The position numbers were made by a program, and so were the translations under genes. Shown here in pieces: positions 23,101-37,274 of a DNA stretch of 64,000 nt. Source of the DNA: Camelus dromedarius (taxonomy: Eukaryota); contig NC_087437.1 of assembly GCF_036321535.1 (NCBI RefSeq), positions 28,088,001 through 28,152,000 on the forward strand, written 5' to 3'. Under the pieces are notes generated by a model. The model was not told the origin of the DNA. It made no database searches and worked only from the letters and a program-made list of their open reading frames with translations. Within the stretch, counting starts at the first letter, position 1, and the number at the start of each line of letters is the position of its first letter.

Positions 23101-25589
23101 AGCCACCTCTTTCTTAAATATTCATCTTCTCAGCTCCCTCTTCTTCATCACGCCTTTCCTCCTAGAAAATTTCGTTCTCATCCATTGATGTATGTCTTCT
23201 CTCTGAGCTTGAATTGATGTCTATGCTTCTTACACAGGGAAAGTTGATTTTATCTTCAAATCTCATTTCAAGATTTTATGGCTATCCTGTCAATAAAGAG
23301 ACATATTTCAGAAATACTGGTATCATGTTAATTATGGCATCAAATAATTAAATCAGTGAGATAGAGTGTCACACTTTATCTGTTTATGGCAGTATTTCAC
23401 AAGATACATAAAAAGGGGCTTGAGATCAACATTACCTACAAATACCTCAAAATATTTTTTTCAGATTCCTGAAAAATGTCATGCCCCTTTCTGAGGTGAA
23501 GGAATCACTTTGAATGTCTGTTCCTCTTCAAAAAATCCCCAGTGTGCAGCCTCCAAATTTTAATGCCAAAATATAGAAATATCTATCCCATTATCAATTA
23601 CAGCAAGCAATCTCATTTTGTCACTATGGTTTCCTTTGTAGAGGTCACAGACAGAATATTCAGTATATAACACACTTAAACAATTTTTTGATTTATCAGT
23701 CTAGGTGTAACAATCAGTAAAATTTATATTTCTTAAAAGTAGTTTCTAATCTCTTTACTAATTATTGTTTACAATTACTTATGAAAAGGAAGATACTTGT
23801 TTTGGTCTTATAACTAACTAGTTAGCGCTTTAGTGTTCATTACTGTATTTCTGAATCACATAGTTCAAAACAGTTATTGGGAAGTCCCATGATTTAATTT
23901 AGACAGTGTTTAAGTGGTTTAAAATACTGTTAAATCAGTCTGACACAAATAAATAGATCAAATAAAATGAATAAAGACCATACCCAGTATCAAGGTTTAC
24001 TAATATTTTCAAGGTTATGTGCAACCAGAGGGGATAGGCAAGTCAGGGAAAGCTCTGGAACATTGAGAACATCTCCCCCAGTCCTTCCTTCTCCCAGTGG
24101 GCCATCTTCTGACCCAAAGGAATAGATGAGGGATCTAAGAAAGTTTGCAGGGCACGTTGGCATTTAGATTGCCATAGATTGACATTGTATGTCCTAGATA
24201 CAGCGTATGTGACATTTCACAGGAAGCCAGGCTTCATAAAGCCAGATTCTAGCTTTATTAACTATAATGTCAATCCTAAACCTTGGAAATTCTGCTAAAA
24301 GTATTCCACAAATAAGCACTCGCTAGTGAATATCATTAGTCTGTTTGCCTGGATGTCAGGTTACCATGTGTACAAAATGAGACCAGGTTGTCACTAGCCT
24401 TTTCCTTTCCCAGGTGCCTCTCCACTTCCCGAAACAGGAGAGAATAAATCACAGGCAGCTGTTTGAAATCTTTTCTTTCTAATCCCTGCCAGGAGATTTG
24501 AAAAGGAGTTCTGGAGAGCCCTGACTGTTACTTTCAAATTCAGTTCCAGTACACTCCCATTTAGTCAGGTATAGTTTGTAAATATCACTAAAACTGTGTT
24601 CAGTTATCTATAAATATAAATTATAAGTTTTTCATATGCAGGTCACACATGGGATCAAGTTAAGAGTCAAAAGTATAATTTATTTTTAGATCAGTGTTAT
24701 TTAGATAATTTCTACTGCACAAAATACTCCTGACTAAATATTTTCATTTGTTGGACTATTGCATTATTTTTATCATTGCTTTTATTGTTATTTAAGGAAT
24801 TATGATTCAGACTCAATGAGTTGGGAAGAAATATCAGTTCTAAATGTCTGGTAATTAGGAAAAGCATTATTTATAAAACCGCAAACATTTTTTCATCTCT
24901 TTTTTTTCACATTTTTGGAAGGTATAGTGAGCTTTTGTAGAGTAATGAAGACAAAGCTGATAACATGATACCTAAAGGACTTAATGTGAGCTTAATGTAC
25001 ATTATAAGTTATAAATAACATGTCTTGAAATTTAGATAAATAAAATGGAATAAATAACCTGTGTAGCATTATATCATTAAGCAAAAATGTGACATGATTG
25101 GATGATCTTGGAAACAGAATAAAAGGAGTTCGTAAATTAGGCAGCAATTGGATTACGTAGAGTATGGGTAGGGAAAGGGGATTAGAATTTTATTGTTTGT
25201 TGCATTCAGTAATTGTGATATGCTGAAAAAACAAACGATCATTCATTTTTCCAGATCACTGAGTAATCATTAAATAGGTGATTGTAGATGCATCATGTTC
25301 ATAGAATTGAAATGGTTTTATTGGGAAACATTAGTCATTTATATTTTTAGCATGTATGACTCAGAAGTTCTTCAGAAAGAGCAAACATACTTTATCTGTC
25401 ATCTGGCCTTTCACAAGTCAGAATTACTTCATTTTTAAGAAATCCTTCTTCTCAAAGATGGTATTTAAAACTATTTGCATATCTAAGAATGTTTAGCAAA
25501 TATTTGCTCACAATTCTATGGTTTATAAATATTGATGAAAGACATCAAGCATTTGTTTTTCAGTTATTCTGAAATCTTCATTTTGTAGC

Positions 25590-27715
25590 AAAAAGTAAAC
25601 TTACAATAAATAATAGTAACATGAACTCTCAATGTTCCCATCATATAGCTACAAAATTTATCAATTCATGGAAGAGCTTGTTTTATCAGTACCCTAGCCT
25701 TTTATCATGTTGAAGTAAATGCCAAGCGTCATATCATTTAACCCATAAATGTTAATATTTACCACTAGAAGATGAGAACTTATTTTTAAAATGATTATAA
25801 GTATAAGGTAGAATGAGTTATTGTTCCCATGTCTTCATTTCTACTTTATTTTAGAATTACACATTCATGATCTTTATCATGTGACTTTACAGTTTCTCCC
25901 CTGTCGACAGTTTATGTCCTCATCTATGGGTATTGAACTTGGCCATGAAAATAGCTTGGAATGTTAGTACTCATGACAGCAACAAAGACTATATAGTACT
26001 GTGAGATTAAGTCTGGCCTCTGTGCTCCTTCTGTCTGCCATTAGAAGAATATGTGATCTAAGGAGACTGAGAAACTCATGGAATGCATTTAAATACAAGC
26101 CACGCCTGAGACAGTGCTTGCCAGACAATGCACAAATATTGGGGAAAGAGAAATGAATATGTGTTGAAATTTGACATTTAGATGCAATTATTACATCAAA
26201 AATTACTGAGCAATATTCTTAAACTATCATTGAATATCAAATATCCTGTTTTAAAATTTCCAATTCTGTCAAAAAATGTTATATTTATCATAAAGTGTAT
26301 AATGTATAATAAATACATATATGTATAATGTGTATGCATGTGTATGTATATGCAATATAGTGTATGTGTGTAAACCAAATTGGTTTTCACTTTTTCAAAT
26401 TGGGATTACACATTGTAACTGATTAATGTCGCTAAAAATCTCTAGGTTTCTCTATATTTTTTATTTCATTGTAACTTATTTGTGTAATATATTAGGTTGC
26501 TCACTCTATAGATTTTCCCCTGGTCTGAATCTTGCTGACTACATCCCTGTGACTGCCATTTAAATGTTCCTCTGATTACTGAGTTTCTTATAAATTGGAT
26601 TTTGAATCCAGAGACTTAATCAATTTGATGCCTACTTTTTTCTTGGTTGCGTTTGTAAGACTACTTCATAGATGCTGTTTTGTTCTTTCATCAGGAGATA
26701 TGTAATGTCCAGTTCTCTCCATTCTGTGATATTAGAAGCCATTAATTATGAATGAATACATTCATTCTTTGGAGAACTGAAATATGGTGGTATCTTAAAT
26801 ATAATATTCCTTCTTTATTTATTAACTGCAATATGTCTATAAAGATGCACATTACACATCTGCTATATAGTTACCCAGGAGTAACCAAATACATGTAGAA
26901 GAGAAAGGATAAATGCATGTTCTTTTATTTACAAGTTTTAAAAATAATAAGCTGGTTTCCTAGCATCCTCCAATATTGAGCTATAAGGTTTTTTTTTTAA
27001 CTATTATTAGGAACTCATAGATTTAAACTATGTGATATGTTTAAATTAATTATAGTTATATCTTTGTTTATGACCAAATTGTCCCTTATTTGGCCGCTGA
27101 TAAGTTCCTCAAGTGGGCTCCTGAATACTTTTGGTATGATTTTTTTTTTTATGTCTTTGATGATTTTCTTGCTGTTTGGTATACCCATCTTGCACATTTC
27201 TTACCACTAGAATCAGCCATTTTCTCAAGGCACTCTCATTCTTTTTAGGGAAACATAATATTTCAATTAAGTGCTAAATGTATGTTTCTTATAGGTTGCT
27301 CATTTTTTCAGGAATTTTTACTGGACAATACTTTCTAAGTTAAAATATATCATAAGAAAAAAAATGAGTTTATTTTATCACCACGAGTTTATACTGCTTT
27401 CTTTTTCCCATGCCAAGAATCCTGATTCTTAACATAAAGACTGATAAATTTGATGTCATATAATTTTTCTAGCTTACATACAAGTCCCAGATGGCTAATA
27501 TCAATACCACCATGCGTAATTTGATTTCTAAAATAATTTTAAGATATATTTTACTTTGTGGTTATTTTTGTCCTTAAAATATGCCTGCTAAAGATGTATA
27601 AGCTATTACTATATTTTAGTCTTTAAAGACTTTTGGAGTAGTTTCTCTCAGCATAGTTATATCAACAACTGCACACCTTTTTAGGTTCATTATTTGCATT
27701 TTTAATATAAGCATA
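25590..27715 (-). mobile_element. Old L1MC4/5-like 3' region, interrupted by a MaLR LTR
   Basis: AT-rich sequence resembling recalled L1MC 3' ends on both sides of 25800-26195. Confidence 0.6.
25800..26195 (+). mobile_element. MaLR LTR (MLT1H/I-like)
   Basis: CATGTGACTTTACAGTTTCTCCC...CTTGGCCATG...TCTGCCATTAGAAGAATATG. Confidence 0.6.
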
Positions 27716-28080
27716 TATGGTATATAGTATCCAAAGATGGCCTTCATCAGTTCTTTTTTTATGTGACGAATGTGGCACTCTCTTCTTGAGAGATGGAGTT
27801 TATTTCCCTGTACCTTGAATCTGGGTTCATCTTGTGACTGACCAGTGGAAGTTGTTTCTTGGAATTTCTAAGCACAGGACTTAAGAGAAATGACAGCTTC
27901 TGCTTTTTGCTTTCTTCTTGGGTCTTCTTAAAACTCAGCCATGAGGCTTGAGGAAGTCCAAGAAGCCTTAATGACAGACCCACGTGGAGAAGAATCAAGA
28001 CCCCTGGTGAGAGTCCCAGCTAAGACTCCTGAAAATGGCAGGCAACTGTATGAATGGGGCCATTTTGAACCCCCCAGCTC
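27716..28080 (+). mobile_element. MaLR LTR (MLT1F/G-like), partial
   Basis: CCAAAGATGGCC...GAGATGGAGTTTATTTCCC...CTTGAATCTGGG...GACCCACGTGGAGAAGAA. Confidence 0.7.
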
Positions 28081-28084
28081 TACA

Positions 28085-28700
28085 GCCTTCTCTTCTCTGT
28101 TTTCTGTAAAGTAAATTAAAAAATTGCACATACATCCTGAGATCTTCCGGCTCTGCCTTCCTATCCACCCATTCTTTTTCTCTGGAAATTCTCTTTCCTT
28201 TATTCCCACTGACACTGTCCTTCTCAATTTGGATTCTATGCCAGAAGTTTCCCATCAGAGTAGGACCTTATCCCAGAAGACAGCTTCAGTTGATTAATTT
28301 CAAAAAAAAAAAAAAAAAAATTCGTGGGACCCCTGAATTGTACCAGCAACTTCACAACCGACCATGAGCCCCTTGTGCTTAACTCAAGATACAGCGTTTA
28401 AGAATCACTCTCCTCCCCAGTTGCTACTGCTGTTCTCAGATAAGCCCATCACACTTTCAGTGAGTAATTATTGGCAGTTTAAGTTTCTCCCCTTTTCAGA
28501 TCCATCAGACACCTCATTGCTTCCATCTACTTCCTCCCACTTCAGTATTGTGAACATTTTCCCACTTATACTGTGGGCTTTATGGGGATACTTTGCTCTT
28601 AGCTTGGTTGTAGACATTTTACATGTAATTTTGATTTTATTATCCTAGTTTCTCTGTCTGTTTTTATGGGAGCAAACTGGGGAGATGGCACCATTCTTGC
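28085..28700 (-). mobile_element. HAL1/L1M-like 5' end fragment
   Basis: Ends CTAGTTTCTCTGTCTGTTTTTATGGG...GGAGATGGCACCATTCTTG, similar to the recalled antisense HAL1 5' terminus. Confidence 0.4.
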
Positions 28701-28769
28701 TATAGTTAATATTAATCAATTCATACCATAAGTGAAGGAAAGGTAACAGAGAAGAGGATTAAAGGAAAA

Positions 28770-30435
28770 TCAGAGACTTGGATTATAATCTTAGTTTTGC
28801 TACTTACCAGCTATGTGAATTTGCACAAGTTTCTTAGTATCACTAAATTTCAGCTTGCATTTCTACAAAATGAGGATAATAATGGCCTTTCACCTCATAG
28901 AATTATTGTAATGGAGACAGCGTGTGATGTACCTAATGCCCTTAACACAGTGAATGACACTTCTTAAGCATTCTGCAGCTTTCACCAAATTTATTACTTA
29001 GAAGTGATTTCAAGGGTCTTCATGATGTTTAAATCTTAAAATCTAAGATTAGGCCACATCTAGGAATAGTACAAAAAAAGGAAAGTAATTATTTTACCCT
29101 CTTCTACATGTTGATACACTGAACACTTTCATCAAAGAAGGCCAAGAATAGCAGGAGAAACATTCTATATAAAACAATAATTATCAAGAGAGTTACTGTT
29201 ATCAGTGAGCACCTATGTTGTGTCTGGTGTTATATAGATTTAATACCTAATGCAACTTTTAAAATTAGGTATTAATGACTTCCATCTCCACGAGGCAGTA
29301 AAGGATCAGAGGAATCTAATAAACTGCCCAAGTTAAGCACATGGAAATTTGATGTCCACTCAATCTGTTTCCAGAGAACTCCATACTGCTCTTATACAAG
29401 CAACAGTGGATGGACCTTAGCTTCAAGAAAAGAGAAACTCAGCCTAACATACGGGAGAGAGTTGTAGGATATGGATGCTATTTACAAATATTTGAATAAT
29501 TTTCATAAGGAAGAGAAACTATATTTAGTCTGTGATGTTTTCTAGGGCTGAACTTGTCCAGTGGCTAGAAGGGAATTTAGATGATGTTCAGTTTCAGGCA
29601 AGAAGAAAATTTTCCTATGACTGTCTGAAAACTGGATGGGCTGTGTGGTTGGAGGTACTGTAAAAAGTGTGCCTGTCTCAGATTGGTCTGGATAACCACT
29701 AAGTTCCCTCCTACTTGGAGATTCTGTGACTGTAAGTACTGCTTTAAGCATAACAGTCTTAATTTAAAAAAAAAATAATCCTAATATTTAGGCACCTGAG
29801 GTTAGTTTGGACAGTCATATAAAAAGAAAGAAAAAAAAAACACCCTCTTGTCTGCGCTAAAAGCACCCTCTCTTATATTCAAATTGCCACTGGTCTCCTA
29901 TTCGGAGTTTCTCAACACCATTTAAAATTATACAGACAGAATATCAACTAATATTTAGAGTGCTTACTATTTACAGGATCTAGTGGTTCCAATAGCCCAC
30001 ACGTATTAAATCATTGAATCCTCTTAACGGATTCACAAGGTAGATCTTACTATCTTCATTTTATGGATCAAGACACATCAAGGGTAAATATCTTGCCAAG
30101 GGCTACAGAGTTAGTAAGTGAAGAAGAAAGAATTTGAACCTAATTGTCTGACTTCAGAATCCACACTCCATGCTGGAGGCGATGATGGTAATAATAGACT
30201 TAATGTTAGCTACCAACAGCCTAATGCTTCCTATGTTTGTGGAGCTAAAGCATGTACTTATGCCCATGACACTCGTTTTCTTTTTTTTAACCCTACCCAT
30301 AACCCTAGCAGTACAGCTGAGGAAACCATGTCATAAAATGCTTATATATCTTGTCTCTTACAAATGGTAAATGGATGAAGGATTTGAGCCTGGGCATGAG
30401 TGATTCTAAAATCCCTGTCCTTAAATACTGTGCTC
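28770..30435. mobile_element. Cluster of four MIR SINEs (about 28770-28975 +; 29195-29390 -; 29945-30170 -; 30200-30435 -)
   Basis: MIR cores such as CTACTTACCAGCTATGTGAATTTG and CTTGCCAAGGGCTACAGAGTTAGTAAGTG...GAATTTGAACC. Confidence 0.75.
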
Positions 30436-32144
30436 TCCGTATGATTTTGTACAGCTATGTTTACCTGCTGCATGTCTTTATTTTCTTTTGGTGTGGTCCA
30501 ACTCTATTTTGTTCTCTCTTTTTCCTCCGGGAAAATCTGCTTCAGAAGTTCATTCATGCTGGTATAATGAACTGGCAACCCCCAAGCAAAGCAGCACATA
30601 AGAACTTGAGGGGTGACTCTGCCTCACGATCTCATTCACACTACCCTGCTCTGCTTCTCCATTAAGCAACCTTGTACCAGTGACTGGGTGGCACTACCTT
30701 TCAGGGAGACTTATTTGCATTTATTAGATTTCAAAACTCTAACCCAAGGGGAAACAAAGATGGTATGAGATTTCAGGCATGAATTAATTTCTTATTATAT
30801 TTCCCCAAGACCACAGAATTTATAACAAGTTAGCATTTAGATGGATTACTGTATATAACTCTGGCTCTGACAAGAAAATGTCTTGCCACTGCTACCTTAG
30901 TAAGACTTGATGATATCTGTTAAATCTCTCCACTCATTTTTCCTTTTCATCAGTCTTTAGCACTTGGTTTTTTAATAGCCAATGCTTAGTTAATTTAATT
31001 TAAAACTTAGTTATTTAAAGGTTTACTGCCCTGATGTTGCAATTAATGAAAAACAGTGAGACAAAACAGAGTTGTTATTTCTATTCTAGTGTAATTTCAG
31101 AGGCCAAGTTTCTGATAAGTCCTTGCAGAATGTGCAGATTCCCACAGAGACTGTGGTGGCCAGGATAACCATCACCCCTATGCTGGCCTGTACAACCTTT
31201 AATGTATGTAACAGCCATTAATGTATTAAGTACATTAATAAGGAATAGTGCTGAAAAAGCTTTCTATTTTACCTTTTAATATTTTTGCCTCTTGCCAAAA
31301 ACTGATGTTGAGTAATAACCTGTTGTCGATAAGATCTTTCTTCCTGATTTTCTTTGCTACATTAACTCTTCAAGGTCATGACTAATGAATTTCTCATGAC
31401 CCTGAATTTCCTGGACTTGTTTACTGAGAGCAGTTAAATAGGTCAGTTCTACACATACCTTGCAATCTCAATAGTTAAAACTGTCTCAGTTGACAGTACC
31501 AAAGATTAAGGAATATAAAACATGTGAATGTATGAACACATTTCTGCCATCTATGCTATTAGAGGAAGCAATGCCACAGGCAATGCTATTCAAAGTGGAA
31601 TGCAAATGAAATTTGAATTAAATGACATTTTAAAAACAGATTTTCCTTCCATGAAAATGTCTTACTCCAATATTAAAATTAATTTGCATTCTTTAAAAAC
31701 AGACTGGCGTAGGCAGCAGTGTATTATACTAGATAAGGATAAAAAATTGCCTCAGGATTTGTAATTTATCTTAAACACACACACACACACACCCTCTTGT
31801 GAAAATCAAGAATTGCTATATATATTTTTCTTAGTTTATATATCATATGTCTTAATTTCTACATTGTTACACAAGTCCAAACTGAATCTGCATTTTTTCA
31901 CATCCATTAATAACTCTACCTTCATGCACCCCACCAAGAGAATATCTAACGGTGAATCACAGACATGGGGCTCAGATTCTAGACAGAAGGAGTTAAGCTA
32001 CAATATTGAGGAAAAGCCGAGGGTCAGGAGAACCTAGGAAAGGTCAGAAAACAAAGGCAAGCACTTGATTACGAGTCAGGGAGCACTGTCACCTCCTTAA
32101 GCGCCCCAGCAATCAGAGAGCAGGAAGAGTCAGGCAGCTCCCGG

Positions 32145-32335
32145 GCAGGGTCAGAGTCCTGGCTCCATCAGATATTCCTACGTAGCCAGGAGCAAGTGGT
32201 TAAATCTTTCTCAGGCTCTTAGTCCTCATATTAAATAGGGATTATAACACCCCTTTGCAGGTCATTGTGAAAATGAAGTGAGTAACTGAGTTCTAAGTGC
32301 CAGACACACTGTAGGGATGCATAATGATTATTTTC
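32145..32335 (+). mobile_element. MIR SINE
   Basis: GAGTCCTGGCTCCATCA...GAGCAAGTGGTTAAATCTTTCTCAGGCTC...GGGATTATAACA. Confidence 0.7.
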
Positions 32336-33259
32336 TCTTACCGAGATCAAAACAGAAGAAGCAAACTAAGTCCAAACTGGGGTAGTAACTTAACCATCAG
32401 TAACTTAGGGTAGGATATTTTACAGTCTCTAGGTTTTTCACAACCACTTTTGCTCAACTCAAACGACTGAGTTGCCCAAAGCAGCTTGTGTTCCCCCAGA
32501 AGGATTGCGACGGTGAGGCCCGGTGGAGGGTGGAACCTATGAAGGGAGTGGATGTTTACAGAGCATGGCTTGTCTAATCTGTATGTTGTTTTTGTTAGCT
32601 GATGGTATGCTCACTGCTCCACGAGGCAATGCTGTTATATCCAAAGAAGGTTCTAAGAGTAACCAACATGTTCAAAGTCAAGTTAAAGGCAGAGCTGGAA
32701 TTAATAGAGTTGTTCTCAAGGCATGTTATACCATCTCCAACATGGATAACTATAAACTATGATCCATATTTATAAAATCTTGGGCCCACAAAATTTTGGA
32801 AGTAAAAGTTACAGTAATAATCACTCAATTCCAAAACCAGTATCAATAACAACCAAAGGTAACATGTTTGATTCAAGTATGAGTAATTACTTGAAAATAC
32901 AGGATATGAATAACTGAAAATTGCTCAAGATTTAAAAGAACTAAAAAAAAAACCTAACTCTTCTAACTGCAAACTAGTTAAGACTCTGCCATAAGTAAAG
33001 CTATAACTTCACATTTCTTCTCCTCTTGAGGAATTTTTATTTCAATTTAGATATCAAGATTTCTGGATTGAAAGGAAAGTCTGAGTCTGAAAGCAGTTAA
33101 TGGTTGAGCTGGTGGAAAATTCTCATCACTGATAGTTCAGTGACCTTTCAGAGCCAGACTAGGTACGACTCTTGTTATCTACTAACTTAATCAGGAGCAA
33201 ACCTCTGCAGCTCTGCAGCAGCCCTGACTTCCTCCTATGCACACAAACTGAAAGCTTCA

Positions 33260-33462
33260 GCCCTGGCCCAACCCCAGGCCCAGCCCCAGCTCCAGTGTAA
33301 TCTTTAGGTCCACTTCTAGCGCAGAACCTGGCACAGTCCTAAACCCAGGCCCAAGATTAGGCCTTGTCCCAGCCCCAAGTTTAGCCTAAGACCCAGTCCC
33401 AGACCCAAACCCAAACCCAGGCCCAGGCCCAGGCCCAGATTCAGGTGTAGTCTTCACAGCCT
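33260..33462 (+). repeat. Degenerate hexamer repeat (CAG/CAA-NCC)n
   Basis: Period-6 array, e.g. CCCAGTCCCAGACCCAAACCCAAACCCAGGCCCAGGCCCAGGCCCAGATT. Confidence 0.85.
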
Positions 33463-36400
33463 GGCTTTGAAGCTCCAGTATCTTTTCTTCACCTTTTGCC
33501 TTAGGAGTCACATCTATGCTCAAGCAAACAATTTTTTTTAAGAGGAAAACCAAATGGTACAGAATAGAGGTGCAGCTGAATTAGTTAAATTTAATTTTTC
33601 AAAAATCCAATGAAAATAAGGCACATTTAAAAGTTTTTGGTAAACTTTGGAAGAAAGTACACTGGTATCTTTTTGTTTCTGTATTTTTCGTACATTTGAA
33701 AACTTCATAATTAAACTTTCCTCACAGGTGTTTTAATGTTTTTATTCAGCTTGACACGTGACTCTTAATATAAGCTGTGGCTGTTTTTGTGAGCCTGGTA
33801 ACCCAGAATACGTAGTTTATATCACTCCTGTGGCACTAATTCTATTTGGCTTTTTTTTTCATTGTACAGAGCAGTGGGATCGGTGCAGGTGGGGAGAAAA
33901 GCTGGAAGCTTCTATTCTCAGATACACATAAACTTCTGAGGTCCAGCCCTGTGTCCTGTGAGACTCCCTCTCCTAACCACAGGTTGAACTTCTGTCTCTT
34001 TTGACTGAGAAAACTCTTAAATTATCATGTATTCTTCCTCTATGGTTGCTAACCTCAAAGCTTGGTAATCTTTGCATTTTAGAAATTTGCTCCTTTAATA
34101 TCCTTTGTTTCTTACCACTCTGGCTCTTGCACTAGTAAGCCTTGCTTTTCAGTATTCATATTTGTGCAATGAGGATTTGTTTTTAACAGGATGTAGGAAC
34201 AAATTGACAATTTGTTTTCATCTCTATTGACTCCCCCTCTGTGGCAATAAATGCCTGCATTCCTTGATCGGGACATCAGGACTTTGGGGAAGGTAAAGGT
34301 TTCAGATATCACCAAAATTTACCCTACCATGTTTATCCCTCTATGCCCCCTTCAAAGAATATTTACTTTTCCATTTACTTGTCCATTTTTAGCACTTAGA
34401 ATTCGAAAACTATTGAGTCCATTCTTCAAAACATTCCATTACTGGGCAAGATACTGTGGACAAATGAAGGATTTCTCACCTCCTTCCACTGGAGATCACT
34501 GTGTGTTTGTGCAGAAGGCTTATGAAACGTTTCTCTGTTTCTTTTGGGTGAATAGTCAATTCCAGATTTCCACTGCCGTCTCCTCTTTTCGGAAGCGATC
34601 CAGTGTACATTGGTGTATGTTGAGGGGCACTTTCTCTTAGTGCTGTGCTAGGGTCAACTGCCATTTGTTCATGAGCCTCCAGCCCACTTATACCCACTGC
34701 GGTAATGTCCGCATCCCCCTCTACTTTCCCTCTGCCATGTCTAAGGTCACTTCACATCTTACTCATCCCCCTTGTAAGGTCTGTCCAAATACCCAATCAG
34801 CTCTCCCGTGCCTCTTTTCAAGGACACAGAAAATTTTGAAGTTCTTCTGTGCTAGGCCCAAATGATGAGAGACTTGGGGTAGGGTATCTGTGGCCATCTC
34901 TGATGGAACATCTCTGATTCTACCGTTCTACTGCTAGACGATGATGCCTTTGGTTGGGACCATGTACATTGAGAGGACTTATTCTCGAGGCGTGCACTCC
35001 CTTAGGCTTCATGAGGAAAACTTATCTCCTCTGACCTAAGATCCCTACCAAATCTCTCTGTGGTCTGCATTTACCCCATTCAGAGCTTGGCTGGGCTGAG
35101 GGTGGGGCCCAATATGCCATCTCAGTCACCCTCAGTTTCCAAACTCCAGCCCCTTCCCCTCAGATAACACTTTCCCCTCTCACTTACTAAACTCCATCTC
35201 CTTTCTTGTGGGAAAGTACTCTTATCTCAGCAACTCCTGTCCAACTGTCTCCAGAGGCTCAGCCTTTTGTAGCTCAGAAATCCTTTGTGATCTCAAATAG
35301 CTCGGTTTGTAAAAGGCTTGGCTTGCAAAATGCCTGCCTCATAGGAGTTTTAACGTATCTCTCCAGGAATTCAATTGATTTCCCCTTTCTCGGTTCTGTA
35401 TGGCCTTTCCCAAGAGGATGAAAGCCACTTATTTGATGGGTGGAAATCAGGGCACCAACCAGAGCATGTAGGAAGAAAAAAAACAATGATTATTTTCCCT
35501 AAATTACATCCCACAACAAAAGGAATAAAGCAGAATATCAGGCATGTGGTAGTTAAAAAGTTTTATTTACTCCCCACCTTTCCCTCAAATTGCTAAATAG
35601 GACATCTGCATTATTCCTACGATCTCTAAGAGTCAAATGGCCATCTCTTTCCTATAGAACATTTCCCCAGGAAACTGGAGAAATTTTTTCTACTAGGGGG
35701 CCATCTATCCTAATCATACCTCTTAAGCTTGTAAACAAAGAAATTAAAAGCAATATCAGTATGGGGGAAAAAGTTAATGCATATTCCAAATCCTTTGACT
35801 TAAAAAGTAGAGTAAACCTCAACTTCTACCATGTTTCACAGTTTGCATGATCCATAAGCTAGCTGACTGCTACTAAGGAGACTGTGCACAAGTAATACGG
35901 TCTCTTTTGAGATGTGGTCTGTTTCCTACTGTCTGCCAGCATCATGCATTCATCTGTTTTAACTAGTCCTGTCTACAGCATACTAAACCATGTAGGTGTG
36001 ACTGTCTCATAGAGCTATCCACTCACAGCTATCATCCAGAACAACAAAAACTGAATCTGGTTTGTATTAGGCAGAGTAAAAACTAAACTGCTACTCAAAA
36101 GGTTCAAAGAAGTTTGCTTTTTTTCATATGTGACTGGCCGATAGGAAACAGGCAGTACAAGATAGGTAGGTGACTTTGCTCTATGGAACCAAGTTTCTGC
36201 TATCCCATTGCTCTGCATTCCCTGCAATTTTATTAATATCTGCACAGACAAATATCATTTGTACGCTCCACATCCATGTGATAATTTGTAGGAAGGAAAG
36301 AATAAAGAGTGTAAAGATCTTCCTTTTTAAAGACACGAAGCACACAGCATTTCCACTCTTCAGCTGGCTAGAATTTAGTTCCAGCCTCAGTCTCGCCTAC

Positions 36401-36610
36401 CAGAGAAGACGAGTTATAGCCTCTAGTTGATAGTCGAGGGTCCAGTTAAAGGTCAAGATGTTCTGTTATTAAAAGAACTAAGTGGAGAATTGCTATAGAG
36501 GAACAAATAGTACCTCAGGCACCAGCAGTTGGTATCAGTAACTGAAGTTCAGAGGTTTTCTTGCTCAAGTCAGCACAAGAAAAAGTCTTTGATCAGAGGA
36601 AACTCTAGTT

Positions 36611-36834
36611 CAGTGTTTCTCAACCATGGTACTACTGACATTTTGGACTAGGTAATTCTTTGTTGTGGAGGGGTGGGGCAGTCCTAGGCATTGTACGATG
36701 TTTGGCAGCATCCCTGGCCTCTAACCACTGGAAGTTAGGAGCACCCCCTACCCCCAGTCATGACAAACATAAATGTCTCCAGGCATTGCCAGATATCCCC
36801 TGCGGGACAAGCTAGTCCTAACTGAGAAGCACTG
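36611..36834. mobile_element. MER20 hAT-Charlie element, near full length
   Basis: TIRs CAGTGTTTCTCAA...TGAGAAGCACTG; 8-bp flanks CTCTAGTT/CTCTACCT; typical CAGCATCCCTGGCCTCTA interior. Confidence 0.9.
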
Positions 36835-37274
36835 CTCTACCTGTGAGGTTAACATCTCAGAGGGTCTCCTCTTCTAAGGTATGTTCCCTTAGTATTCAAA
36901 TAAGCTATCCCTGAATGTCAGAATTCTCAGTAAGACTAATCCTTGTCTCCCACCATTTTCGTGACAAATACCAATCAAGCACATACTAAATACTAAACAA
37001 CTGATTCCGTGCTGATTGGTGGGTAAATCTGAAGATGAATTAGGAACTATTTCCTCAGGGCTTCATAGTCTCACAAGGAAGATAATAATGTGGAAAATAG
37101 TATATCGGCTAAAATATAAAATAGCAATAATACATGATAGAAAGTGTTACCCACCCTCCCCCATGAGTCCCCAAGCAGGGTCCTCCTGCCTGGTGTTTGA
37201 GCCAATAGAACTAAACTAAGTTTGGCTCAGAAGCAAAGGAAAACTTTATGCTTTGATCAAAGAATGAAGAGGTG

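Noticed and set aside
35690..35703. CTCF-like motif CTACTAGGGGGCCA (and a weaker one near 37275)
   Set aside because: An isolated imperfect match that cannot be supported without binding or conservation data.
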